This document shows, in pieces, positions 1 to 11,919 of a stretch of DNA of 64,000 nucleotides (position 1 is the first letter of the stretch; each line of letters begins with the position of its first letter). Made by a program: the position numbers and the translations under genes. Under the pieces are notes generated by a model. The model ran no database searches, was not told the origin of the DNA, and was given only the letters and a program-made list of their open reading frames with translations. This stretch comes from Eledone cirrhosa (taxonomy: Eukaryota), in assembly GCA_964016885.1 (NCBI GenBank), contig OZ024741.1, positions 109,120,001 to 109,184,000 on the forward strand. The letters are read 5' to 3'.

Positions 1-2057
1 CTGACCTAGGGATCGTCAGTAAAAGAATACTGGACAGGATTTTGCCCAAGCTTCGGAAGAAAACCAAATTACAGCAAAGGTCATGCACGAGAGAAGTAAT
101 AGAATGGTTCAAAATACTGCATGAGAAAAGTAGGACCAGCTTTATACAACTGGACATCGCAAGCTACTACTCCTCAATCTCACCCATAGTACTTAATAAG
201 GCCCTATTTTTAGCGATGTCCAATACGGACCTAACCCGAGAGGAGGTGAGCACCATCCACGCCGCAAGAAAGACCTTAATCCGCTTCGATGGAGACCTTT
301 GGACCAGGAGTGATTGGCCAAATAACTTTGACATCACGATGGGCTCCAGTGCCTCAGCGCAGGTAACGGACCTGGTTGGGCTCTACCTGCTGAAGCAGAT
401 AAAAGATGAAATCCCCTGCCTGGGCGGCGGATTATATCGTGACGATGCTCTATTCACAGTACATGACCGCAGCACCAATATGTTGGAGGGTATGAGGAGG
501 CGTATTAGCCATTTCTTTAAGAACCAGGGGCTCAGCATAGAAATAAACCCAAATAGGAAGGTAGTTAACTTCCTAGACACCACCCTAAACCTGAACACCG
601 AGCAATACTACCCCTACCACAAGCCCAACGAGAAACTAGTATATGTTAACGCCAAATCAAACCACCCTAGATCCATAACCAAGGCAGTGGTGAAGAGTGT
701 CTCGGACAGGATCTCCAGCCTGTCCGCAAGTAAGGAAATATTCAAAAACCACGCGGAATATTACAACGCAGCTCTAAAGAAGGCGGCACATGGAGAAAAT
801 ATAACATATAGTCCGAAAAGCCGGGAGGTGGATAGCCCAACAGACACCCACAACCGCGTTGCCAGAGGGGGGGAGGGCGAACCCTAACAATACAGGCAGA
901 GCAGAATCAAATAGGCACCATGTACCAGACACCACCACACGGGCGTTGGGGACTAGTGCGCTTGACCACGAGATGGAGCACAATATGAGTAGCAGTCTCA
1001 GGCGTGATGCTAACTACCCCAGGACGGACAACCCCAACCGCAGGACACGTGGGGGGAACGGGCGATCACCCCACGATGGATCTCCCGGGGCGGACAACAA
1101 CCACCCCACAAATCCGGGCCACGAAGATAACAAAAAGTATAGAGCCCAAAAGGGAAGCAACAGTGCGGAAACCACCAGCAAACCAACAAATCTCCTACAA
1201 ATCACGAAGCCCCCAACCCACACATATAGGAGGAGACACCGACAAATCACGTGGTACAACCCACCCTACTCAGCGGCCCTAAAGAAAAGTTTGGCCCGAT
1301 TATTCTTTGGAGCACTTGACAAATGCTTCCCGAGGGACCACAGATACCACAGGATCTTCAACAGACACACTGTGAAGCTTTCGTATTCCACCACGAGAAA
1401 TTTGGCCCAACACATAGCTAGCATCAACAGAAGTAGGCTTAAAAACCACACACAACCAGAAGATGGCAATACAAACACTCAGCAGAACCATGTGAAAGGA
1501 GGGAAGGGGGGACCCAGAGCCCACCCAAGAAACACAAACAGACCCAAGGACCCCCCACCGAGCATGGGGGAAGACCAACATGTAACACATAATGAGAACC
1601 CTAATCTAGGCACGCAGAGGCCGACCAGCCTCTGCAACTGTAGAAACCCAGAATCATGCCCCCTTGGTAATGAATGTCTCAAGAAGAACATAGTGAACGG
1701 TTGTAGGGTTAAAACCCCCAACTCCGAGCACCTCTACATAGGAGCCACATCAACGAGCTTTAAGGACCGCTGGTACAACCATCGCCATTCATTCAAGAAG
1801 GAGGCCAAAAGGAAAAGCACAGCTCTCTCCGACCTGATCTGGAAGCTTAAGCTGGACAGGACCCCATACTCTCTGGCCTGGTACATAATCAGGAAAGTAC
1901 CACCCGATAAAGGGGGATGTTGCATATGCAAACTATGCCTGAACGAGACCCTCGAGATACTAAGAGTGGAAGCGGCCTAATAAACCTCAGAACCGACTTC
2001 TTCGGGACATGCAGACACCTTAGAGCCGGGACCTTTCTCAAAATATATGGCCAGTAG
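1..2057 (+). pseudogene. Frameshifted PLE RT + GIY-YIG endonuclease ORF
   Basis: ORFs 42-887 (RT) and 859-1980 (linker + EN) overlap in different frames around a G-run near 865. A second shift near 1975 is needed to read the conserved end (INLRTDFFGTCRH) to TAG at 2055-2057. Confidence 0.8.
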
Positions 2058-3270
2058 CAACACAAGAAGATGTGAACTCCCCTCAAGCTATAGGGACTTC
2101 TACAGAACATGAAAACACCTCTCGGCCAGACCTCCCTCAAGCTATATGGGCAATAACAACACCCTAGGTTGTGAACTCCCCTCAAGCCATAGGGAACAAC
2201 CCAGGCGGAGCAGACACCATGATAGCCTAGAGATAGAATCGGACACAGCCATAATAATTTGGCCAACATCTATAACACAAACACTTTTAATTTACCAGAT
2301 TTCTGACTATCAAGTTCCAATCTTAAATCTTGATTTCTCTTTATTAATTTGTTATTTGTTTTCTGCCCTCTTCACTGTATCACCTTATATTTATTTTAAG
2401 TTGAGATAGATTATAACACAAACACATTGAATATCTCATCTTAACATCTTGTATCATACCAATCTATCCAACATATTCTGACCTTGAGATTGGTTATAGC
2501 ACACACACACACACTTTATCCTACATTATTTCTCACTTCTCCATATACATTATCATTACTTTTTCCCCAATCTCTCATTTACTCTTTATTCTTTATTCTC
2601 TATTTATTTATTTATTTTCAAATTACACAAATTATATTAATTATCTTATTTTATTATATTATTTATTTATTTTCTGTTTTCTTCATTTATTGCCTTATAT
2701 TTCTTCATATACATGAAAGAACTCCCCCCCCCCCCACCACCACCACCACCACCACTACGATGGTGGCGGGAGGGATGAAGAGAAAACACAAACTGGATAC
2801 TTCTAAATTGTTAGCAGCAGCAAGATATAAGCTGACCACTACAACAACAAGAGTACCAAAATAATGGTGGAGGTCAAATGTACTGAACAATAGCAGGCAA
2901 AAACACTACAGGGAGCCTCACCCCAGAAAGAATTCTATAGACTTCTGACTGAGGAATGCTCTCAGAACTGAACAATGGGAAGTTTGACACTTTTTTTGTT
3001 ATTTTGTTCCTTTAACACCTTGTCGCTTCTACCATTTTATCAATTTTTAAGCTAACTCCAACAATAACAACACTTAGAATGAGGAATGTTCTAATAACTG
3101 ACCAATGAGAGGAGAAGGGGACCTGTGACACGAAAATTCGTTTGTTTGAATTCATATGACTCCAGTTCCCCAGTGAATTAACAACCCAACAAGGAACTGG
3201 GCATATCAGAGTATTGACAATATCATACACCTAAACAACATATGTACTTGTCTATACCATACTAATTCAA

Positions 3271-3325
3271 ACTGCCTGAAGAGGTCACAGCCAAAGATGG
3301 CTGTCACTGAAATATATATAGCAGT
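3271..3325 (+). ncRNA. Type I minimal hammerhead ribozyme
   Basis: ACTGC-CTGAAGA-GGTCACAGCCA aaga TGGCTGTCACT-GAAA-TATATATA-GCAGT: stem I ACTGC/GCAGT, intact core, palindromic short stem III, AUA cleavage triplet. Confidence 0.9.
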
Positions 3326-3471
3326 AATAAACGAAGCTAAATTTTAATCATTTGACTTTTATTTAACTTTATTTTACACTACTCCGGAGTAACCAAACCA
3401 ACCTGCGCACTTCGTCGAGTGCTCCAGCCTGCATACTGAGGTGTTGGTATACAACCAACATAAACTCAAAA

Positions 3472-3527
<56 letters not shown>

Positions 3528-3593
3528 TATATAGTATTATCCGTAGTGTTGTAATATGAATATTATACACAGTAGATGGACAGCTCACGTAGG

Positions 3594-4669
3594 GTTTGCT
3601 CGACGGTCTATCTTCTAACATACAAGTATTTAAGGAACACGCCGAGTACTATGATAACGCCCTTAGTAAAGCAGGCTACCTCAACAAAATAGAATATATA
3701 GATGAAAACAATCAAAACACCCGAAATAAATCCCACATAGGTAGAAATAATAACACAACACCAAACCACACTTACTACCATAATGTACACACCAATAAAC
3801 CAACAAACAAAACTAATAGGAAGCGATGCAAAGAGTACTTATGGTATAACCCTGAATACAATAGTTCCATTAGTACAAATTTACCAGTACTCTTCTTTAA
3901 AATAGTTAAGAAACATTTTCCTACATCACACAAATACCACAAAATCCTAAACCCTACCACTATAAGACTGTCATACTCTACAGCGTTAAACCTTGAACAA
4001 CACATAAAAAAGATTAATACTAGAAGGTTAAACGAAAACACTAAAAACTTAAGTACAAAGAGCACAAAAAACAGTAGACAATACACTACAGAACATAAAT
4101 AAACCACACCTAAGTTCGTCCGCAATACTACTCCAGAGTGAACCTAACTACAAAACCAACGTACACAACTGTAACTGCACCTATCCTGACAATTGCCCTC
4201 TCGACAATAACTGCCTTGAAAAAAATATCATCTATAAGTGTACGATTGAATCCGGAGGCAACGAGTGGTATTACGTGGGATCAACGGCAACATCGTTTAA
4301 ATCTCGATTATATAGGCATTCTTACTCAATAAAACACAAGAGCCAAAGAAATGTAACAACTTTAGCAGAAAAAGCTTGGACGCTCAGGGATAGCGATCAA
4401 AAGTTTACCCTAAAATGGGAGAAATTAGCTAAAACCCAAAGCTTTTCCAGAAGCCAAAATTTCTGCAAATTATGTAATCTTGAGATTTATTACATAATCA
4501 CACGCAAGAAGAAATTGCTTAACAACAGAATTGAACGAACAATATTCTGCCGTCACCGAACTAAAATCCTTTTTTCCCACTACAAGCTGAATATTACATA
4601 AACGAGGGACATCCTCCCAACTATACAAATCCTCAATCTAGTTAGAAAAATATAAAAACAATCTCTTCT

Positions 4670-4670
<1 letters not shown>
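3594..4670 (+). pseudogene. Second 5'-truncated Naiad-type PLE (end of RT, linker, GIY-YIG), frameshifted
   Basis: HAEYYDNALSKAGY, WYNPEYN and IRLSYST in 3596-4102. CNCTYPDNCPLDNNC and YVGSTATSFKSRLYRH...CKLCNLE...CRH in about 4165-4601. Lies between (TA)n tracts. Confidence 0.85.
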
Positions 4671-4738
<68 letters not shown>

Positions 4739-5915
4739 GGTATATATGTATGTAGGTATGAGCATGTAAGTATGTGTATGTGAATGTATGTATTTGTAGA
4801 GGTTTACATATATGTATGTGTGTGAATGTGCATTTTTTTTTAAAAAATAAGTATATATACGTATATATTTATGTGTGGGCGAACGGATACGTACACTTGA
4901 AAGAAAAATTTAAGTCTGTATGTGAATTAAGTGCAAACACAAAACCAACCATGCATATCTTTACTAACTCTAATCCTTCGATAGATTTAGAAAAATAACC
5001 AATACTACCAACGCCAAATAATGAATATTCTATAAAAAAATGTCAAACTCAACTAACAAAATAACAGATGGGAATCTAATTACCCGCTGCTATCAAAAAT
5101 TTCTATCCACTCCCTTAACTATTCTTCTAACAACTTCACTCCTCCCTCTTAATATTCTCTATAAAAACCAAACAAGTTCTCAATGATATTATTCTGATGA
5201 AATGGTAGTTGAAAATAACATTGAAATATTGAGTGTCTGCATAATTAATACTTTGTAGATAGCAGCTGTTTTCAGGTTATATAACTATTATTGAAACACG
5301 TGTCAATAAATTCCTTTTACTGAACTGTATCCATTTAAATCCTTCTATATATAAGTATGTATACGTACATACATATATGTATACAGATGTACAGTAGTAT
5401 GTATATATATATACATACATGCACACATATATATATGTACGTATGGATTCACCGAACATTTATTATAATGCTCGGTGTGTTTGTAAACAAACATCCCGAA
5501 TTAAGCCGTACAGTGTTCTAGCAACCATCGTTGCTCATTTGTTCAACACTGACAAAGGAACGCTGTACTAATTCAAGCTTATTAGCTATCGTCAGCAACG
5601 TATACCTTCCTGCCAGATGATTGAACGTCCGAAAGTATATACTTTCCTTATGCATATTAATGGCTGAGCAGCCTAATTTGCATATCGAGTGAGTTAATCA
5701 GCCGGGCGCACCGAAAACGATACACGGAAAAAATGAAACGAAACGAAACGAAATTTCATTTCTCACTCTTAGTACGGCTGAATTTCTTCGCATTACAGAC
5801 AATATACCTCCGCCTAGGGCGATACAATAACTAAAATAAGTTATTGGTATAAAAAGAGTTGGGTGGAGAAAGAGAATGACATGTAAACAGACACGAATGG
5901 TGAGGCAACGTAAAG

Positions 5916-5980
<65 letters not shown>

Positions 5981-5981
<1 letters not shown>

Positions 5982-6605
5982 AAAAGACGTAAAATAAGAA
6001 AATATTTTTAAAAAAATTTTTAAAAAATTTTTTACTTACTTACTTAAATTTTCACTCCAACTAATTAGTTTCTGCAATGGGATAAAGACAGTTACATAAT
6101 CCAACTGTCGAGAATTCATTGCGTCATCAGGGAGTCTATTCTCAGCTGAGCCTCCAGGCAATGCGCGGACACTGGCGGCTCATGTAAAAATAATAATTCG
6201 GTAGAAAGAACAGCTAGGCGAGGACTGGATTCTATGTACTGAAATTCTCACTGCTTCCAGTCAAATGGCCGATTCTAAAGAATCAATCACGTGACATAGA
6301 GGCTAGTTAGAAGGAATGGGATGGTAAGATGACTGACGCCTACTAACACCCCAAAAAAAAAAAAAAAAAAAATTTTGAAGTGGTTTTGGCAGGTTTGCTC
6401 GACAAATCAGTGATTTGGAGATAAATATAGATAATTTAATATATCAACTAACATAGGCGCACAGATGCACGTCCATGCCAGCAAATACACAGGTTATGTC
6501 ATAGTACCTAGGTGGTTCAATGCAGGAGGGTGCAGAACAATAATATAAAAGACGTAAAATAAGAAAATATTTTTTAAAAAATGTTTAAAAAATTTTTTAC
6601 TTACT

Positions 6606-6609
<4 letters not shown>
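5981..6609 (-). mobile_element. Non-coding hammerhead-containing element with 64-bp terminal direct repeats (retrozyme-like or non-autonomous PLE)
   Basis: 5981-6044 is repeated near-identically at 6546-6609. HHR at 6054-6135, (TA)n on both sides, no ORF in the track. Confidence 0.7.
6054..6135 (-). ncRNA. Type I hammerhead ribozyme
   Basis: Minus strand reads ACTCC-CTGATGA-cGCAATG...GACAGTT..AACTGTC...CATTGCa-GAAAC-TAATTA-GTT-GGAGT. Stem I ACTCC/GGAGT, GUU triplet. Confidence 0.85.
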
Positions 6610-6667
<58 letters not shown>

Positions 6668-6699
6668 CAACTTTCATCAGGGCAACAAGCAAGAAGCGA

Positions 6700-8070
6700 T
6701 ACATAGATCCTATGCGACTGCAGAATTTTCCACAACAGGTCCAGGGAAAAGCGAGCATAGGCAGTACTCCCACGGTGTAAATAATGTGTTGCCTGTGTTG
6801 CAGCAGGTGTTAAAACCCACTCTGTTCGTCAGATAACTTAGACTCAGCAATATCCCTACGTCTGTTTTCCACACATTTAACGGAGACTTTACGGTAAGTT
6901 TAACAAGGCGCTCTCTTCCATTTCAACATCCTCAATTTGCTTAAGAATTTCTCTGAATTTGTATGCAATAGTATCCGCATACCTTTTCCTGACTTACGAA
7001 TCCTCCAGCACTTCCCCTTTTATTCGATAGGTGGAGCTGGAAGTGTAGAATTTGTAGGCTTTCTTATATTTAGGTTGTCTAAATGATGATCAGTTGACAG
7101 CACAGTCCTCAAACAGCCCAGGCACGAAGAAATCAGAGACTAAGGAAATCAATTAATGACCTCTGTCGCCGATACTTTTTATATCATGTGTATATAAGGA
7201 TATCTTTCTGCTTGAATGTGTTCATAATAAAGTGGCCATTATTAGAACAGACGTCTAATAAGAGTTTTCCATTCGTATTTAAATCAGGACGTCGTTCCAT
7301 CCAATAACTCTATTCAAAGCCAGTGCCAAGATCGGTGTCTCCCAATGAAGGATCTGCATTTGGACTTTCTGTTTGGTGCATACACGTGCATCACCCACAG
7401 AAACATTTTTTGCAGTGTAAGCTTCAAAAGGCAAATCTCCGCTCCAAATGCGATCCAGTTCATAATACATTCTGATAACTGATGACTTATTATTATCCCC
7501 GCTTCTGCCTGAGCAGTTATGTCTGGCGCCACACGTGAATAGTGGAGTTTCCATCCTGCTTCCAAATCTGAAGTACCAGAGCCACGGAATGTTGTTTGAA
7601 AAACCCCGATTATATGTAACTAGTAGCACCTGAGTTCCTCCACTAGTTCCTGTCTTTTTTTGTAAGGGTTGTAACGCTCCAGCTACCAACTGTTGAAGTT
7701 TGCTCCATTCGAGAAACTTTTTAGTGTCTTGAGTAACATAATATTAGAGGCGGCCTTTACTCACCTAGTTGTAGCTACTACACATGTATCATCCAGCGTC
7801 CCCATCTACCTTAGTACATTAGTTGTTGGTAAGAAGTTGTGTATTCCTCCGGCAGTAACCCGCTTATATCGCAATTAACCATCATATCCGGTGGCCGCAT
7901 CTCTATCCGCCACGTGCGACCTTTTCTTTACAGCACCAGCTCTAGTCGTCACGCCAACTATTTGCAATCGACTGGGATTCCTCGATCCGATTTTAAAAAC
8001 GGGTCGGACAGGTTATTTATGCTCTTCATGATAGTAAGTGGGTTCCTGACTCCGCCACGATTGCGTACAC
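6700..8070 (-). mobile_element. Degenerate RTE-clade LINE (5' region, APE endonuclease, start of RT)
   Basis: GWKLHYSRVAPDITAQAEAGIIIS...VMHVYAPN (RTE-type APE) at 7314-7565 and LSDEQSGF near 6820. Many stops; boundaries approximate. Confidence 0.65.
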
Positions 8071-8209
8071 TCGCCATTATTGTTTATAATCTTTATTGAC
8101 ATGAGTAGCCAGATTGGAAATTTCATCAGTATTGGTGAGTGTGAGACAGTCGGCTGGAATTTGTGGACGACATAGTATTACTTAAATGCACTTGATAAGT
8201 TTTCTGCCC

Positions 8210-8637
8210 AGTGATGAATAAAACATTCAGTGCTATGGAGACTGAGAAATTTGTCCTCTCAAGGAAGTCTGCACAGTGCATTCTAGATGAACGTGGAGTT
8301 CCATTGAAGCAGCTGCAGAAGTTCAAGTATCATGGAGCCTTGTTCACGAGTGATGGAAAGCAGGAGGCTGAAATAAGGGCATGGATTGCAGAAGCTTGTA
8401 CAGTAATATGCCAGTTTAAGAATTCGGTCATCAGAAGAAGCGGGGTAGATGTAAAAGCCAAACTCTCTATCTTAAATTCTGTATTCGTATCAATCCTTAT
8501 CTATTGTCATGAATCTTGGGAAATGAGCGAAAAATGCGATCGTGAAATCAAGCGACCGAAATGGGTTTCTTCCGAAGGTTCTTTGAAGTAACGTTACTCG
8601 TTAGAGTGCTTAGATCGGAGATCAGAGAATCGCTCCA
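8210..8637 (+). mobile_element. RTE LINE RT C-terminal fragment
   Basis: PLKQLQKFKYHGALFTSDGKQEAEI and EMGFFRRFFEVTL; runs directly into (GAA)n. Confidence 0.75.
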
Positions 8638-8785
8638 AGAAGAAGAAGAAGAAGAAGAAGAAGAAGAAGAAGAAGAAGAAGAAGAAGAAGAAGAAGAAGA
8701 AGAAGAAGAAGAAGAAGAAGAAGAGGAGGAGGAGGAGGAGGAGGAGGAGGAGGAGGAGGAGGAAGGGGGAGGAGGAGGGGGAGGA
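8638..8785. repeat. (GAA)n-(GAG)n microsatellite
   Basis: Direct reading. Confidence 0.95.
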
Positions 8786-9109
8786 AATAATAATAAGAAG
8801 ATATGCATGATTTTCTCGTTCAGCTGATTTGAAAGTAATCATAGATAAGAAGCATTTGAAGCCGTGCCAAATTCGACCGAATATAACTGCACCAGATGAC
8901 CTTAAATCAAACACGCTTTTCTCTCAATAGAAGATTTATATCTTTCTCATCTTTAGATCTCTATGTGAAGAAAGATAACCCCCACACTTGCCGTTGCGCT
9001 TGCTGAAAAATAATTATGTACCGAGAAGTTAATATATGGTAAACTGCCATTGGTTGCTTCTCAGTGGATAAGCTGTATGAAATCAGTAAACGTGGAATAG
9101 ATGATTGAT

Positions 9110-9500
9110 AACTATGATTTCTAATTTAAGCACAAGGCCAACAATTCCTGGGGTGGTGAAATCGATTAAATCGAGCGAGTAGTTTATAGATATTTTTATT
9201 TTATTGACACTGTTGACCTCGGCGTGATTTGAACTCAGAATGTAAGGAGCTGGAACAAATATCACAAAGCATTTTACCCAATGCTTTAACGATTCGACCA
9301 ACCCACCACTTTCAGGCGATTGATGATAAGGATTTCTAAGTTTAGCACAAGGCCAGCAATTGGTAGTGGTGGAAGTCAATTAATCTACACAGTACTTTAC
9401 TGCTACTTTATTTTTATCAACCCCGAAAGGATGTAAGGCAGAGTTGACCTCGGTGAGATTTGAACCCAGAATGTAAAAAGCCGTAACATACACCAGAGTG
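9110..9500 (-). mobile_element. Two adjacent degenerate tRNA-derived SINE copies
   Basis: Reverse-complement matches to the GAGTTCAAAT..CCGAGGTCAAC core and TGGCCTTGTGCT tail shared with copies at 44851, 45910, 47265, 56010 and 59010. Confidence 0.7.
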
Positions 9501-9949
9501 AGCAATATTGAAGACGTAATGAAAACATATTTTCATGTAAAAATAACGAATGTTTTCCACATACTGTTGCAATGTAAACAAATAATATAATGACAATTGA
9601 GATAATGTAATCGATAACAAATCTGATTGAACAGCTTAAATTAACGAAATTTTGGCAAGAAATTTTTGCATTAAAAAAGTACTGGATCCTTCGTCAGTTT
9701 CAACGAAAATATTTCAATTCTATCTAATTAATATTACACAAACACGTGTACATTTAACGTAATTCCCAAATGGAATGTGTGCAACTCTATGTGACATGGA
9801 TGGCTAGACCTTAGAATTACTGTTACAATCTATCGAAAGAGCTTCCGCATTGCTGCGTTTAGATAATTTCACTCAAATGGCTGGGTGAATCTGAGTATAT
9901 GGCAACTGTATTAAAATACACATTTAATAACTGTGTAGATTATATCAGT

Positions 9950-11270
9950 TATTATATCTAGTTTATCAATAAATTACATGGAAACATTGTTTCCTTGGTA
10001 CGAAATGACAAGTTCCACCTCACACGGTAAACGAATCAGGTCTGGGATCTTATCGATTCGGATAATATTATCATTGTGTTATGGATTCCGAACCCATCTC
10101 TAACAGAGGTGTCTCCTTTATTTTCAAATTTCCTATTACTTCTGGATAAATTCCTGTATTTCGATGGAGAGCTAACTGCAATAGATTAACCCTATAGAAA
10201 CCAATGTTAAGAATAGAGTGTAAAAACTATTTGATTGTTGAACGAGTTACGTTACACCATTCTTTGGAAATTATTTTACCAAAACTAGACTTAATTTATT
10301 TTAGAACTTATGTGAATGTTATTTTTACTTTTTTTTAATCAGAGAAGGAAGGCTTTTCTTCACTGTCCGCAAGTTTGAAGGAAGTAGAATCTATCAAAGG
10401 CTTCTGTGGTTTAAGCAACGGTTTAAGGAATGTTCTATGAGACGGGTTTTCACATAGTATCCGTCTACCAAATTTCAGAATAATTTTCCAAGCTGCTGTG
10501 CAGTGAGATTTAATCGGAAATTACGTGGATATAAAGTGAACTTCCTAACATCACCACCATGCCCACAAAAATGTTACAATTTGATGTTTCAACAATGCTA
10601 TTTTCGACCTCGTACTAATTCCTTGATTGGCAGCATTTCCCACTAGCACTTGTCTAAAGCTCTAATTACCATTCTTCCTTCAGAAAATATTTCATTTGGA
10701 TTTCGTTCTCCTGCGTATTTTCCTTTTTCAACTTATATGAAATCTACACCAATCTAGAACAGATATTCACTGCACTAAATCCACCCAAATTAAACGATTC
10801 TATAAATCTTTAAGGAGCCACACGTTCTGCACTCTTACTTCGATCAAACAAACAAGGTTAAGCTATTTAATCCACTCCACACAATATTAGCTGCAGAAAT
10901 AATTCTACTGACGTCCTAAAAACCGGAAACAACGTTAACAAAAAATGTTAACAAAAAATGTTTCCTAGTGGCTAATATGTAAACATAGCGTGTTTAAATT
11001 TAAATGTTGATTTTGTTTTTACTACACAAATGTTCTCAAACTACAGCAAAGACTAACATTTTTTCCCTTTATGTTCTTTCAAGAACATTGGCGCTATCAC
11101 TAAAATAGCTTCAATCGAAATCTGAAACACCCAGTGCTCTAGGCATGTCGGCAGATTACCTTAGACTCATTTCATTCTGTTTTCAGATATTTAGATCCTT
11201 GTAATATTATGCACCAGTTTAATACTGGGTCGATTCATTTGAACGTACTCTTCTGTGTCTAATCTAAAAT
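9950..11270 (-). pseudogene. Possible decayed spliced coding sequence of unknown family
   Basis: Phase-0 GT/AG intron 11159-10916 joins NWCIILQGSKYLKTE*NESK to DVSRIISAANIVWSGL. Further protein-like pieces with stops follow, interrupted by a SINE-like insert near 10435-10565. Confidence 0.35.
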
Positions 11271-11643
11271 TCTATATAATTTAACATTAATATATTTAGA
11301 TTTATCGAGGCATTTGGGTGATTTGAAATTTGAAATGGAATCCAAATGCAGAAACCGCTATATATAATAGTAGCGTTAAATAATCTGGTATAACACTTAG
11401 TGACAAAATAATAAGCCAGCAGCCTCTACAGAGAATCGAACTCCTTGTCTCTCGATTTCTGGCCTAAAAGCCAAGCTGTTCGGTATAGCTATCTAATTCA
11501 AGCAGCATATTCATTTGCTCAAAGTCTAAAGAACTCGACAGCAATTAAATTCTCCGTAGTATCCGTTAACCCCTTTTTTACTGTCCCTCTCATAGTATAT
11601 TACCAACATTTCTAAAGCAATTATTATCTAGAGTGATTTCTGT

Positions 11644-11656
11644 CTTCTTCTTCTTC

Positions 11657-11703
<47 letters not shown>
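11644..11703. repeat. (CTT)5(ATT)15 microsatellite at the 5' junction of LINE copy 1
   Basis: Direct reading. Confidence 0.95.
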
Positions 11704-11919
11704 GAATGCTATGGTTGACGGAGGCTCGGCTCTGTAAGGTATTGTAAATTTTGAACGCTATAACAATTGTAAATTGTTTAAAACTTTAACGAACTTGTAG
11801 ACAAAAACACCCCCCTCCTCGTGAGAGGGGTCTTTCTGTCCGTTATTTGGCCCTTCAGGGTTAAATAACTGCTTATTGGGGTTTTGTGCCCAATATTTAT
11901 TTTAAACAAAAAAAACAAC

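Larger units (their letters stand above)
1..3474 (+). mobile_element. Penelope-like element (Naiad-type), 5' part outside window, ending at (TA)n
   Basis: RT motifs (FDITMGS, GLYRDD, VNFLDTTLNL, YVNAKSNHP), WYNPPYS linker, CxC-x5-C-x5-C motif (CNCRNPESCPLGNEC), GIY-YIG endonuclease (LYIGATSTSFKDRWYNH...CKLCLNE), long 3' UTR with a hammerhead at 3271-3325. Confidence 0.9.

Noticed and set aside
859-887. Programmed frameshift between PLE RT and endonuclease
   Set aside because: PLEs have a single ORF, the shift lies in a G-run, and a second frameshift occurs near 1975. Decay or sequencing error is simpler.
1630-1680. Selenocysteine-encoding Naiad PLE
   Set aside because: All conserved Cys codons in the CxC-x5-C-x5-C motifs here, near 4170 and near 53661 are TGT/TGC; there is no in-frame TGA.
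5186-5250. Hammerhead downstream of the second PLE (CTGATGA-AATG...CATT-GAAA)
   Set aside because: Core and stem II are present but stems I and III could not be paired convincingly.
11420-11495. tRNA gene (GGAGTTCGATTCTC B-box-like, minus strand)
   Set aside because: No cloverleaf could be built; at most a decayed SINE head.
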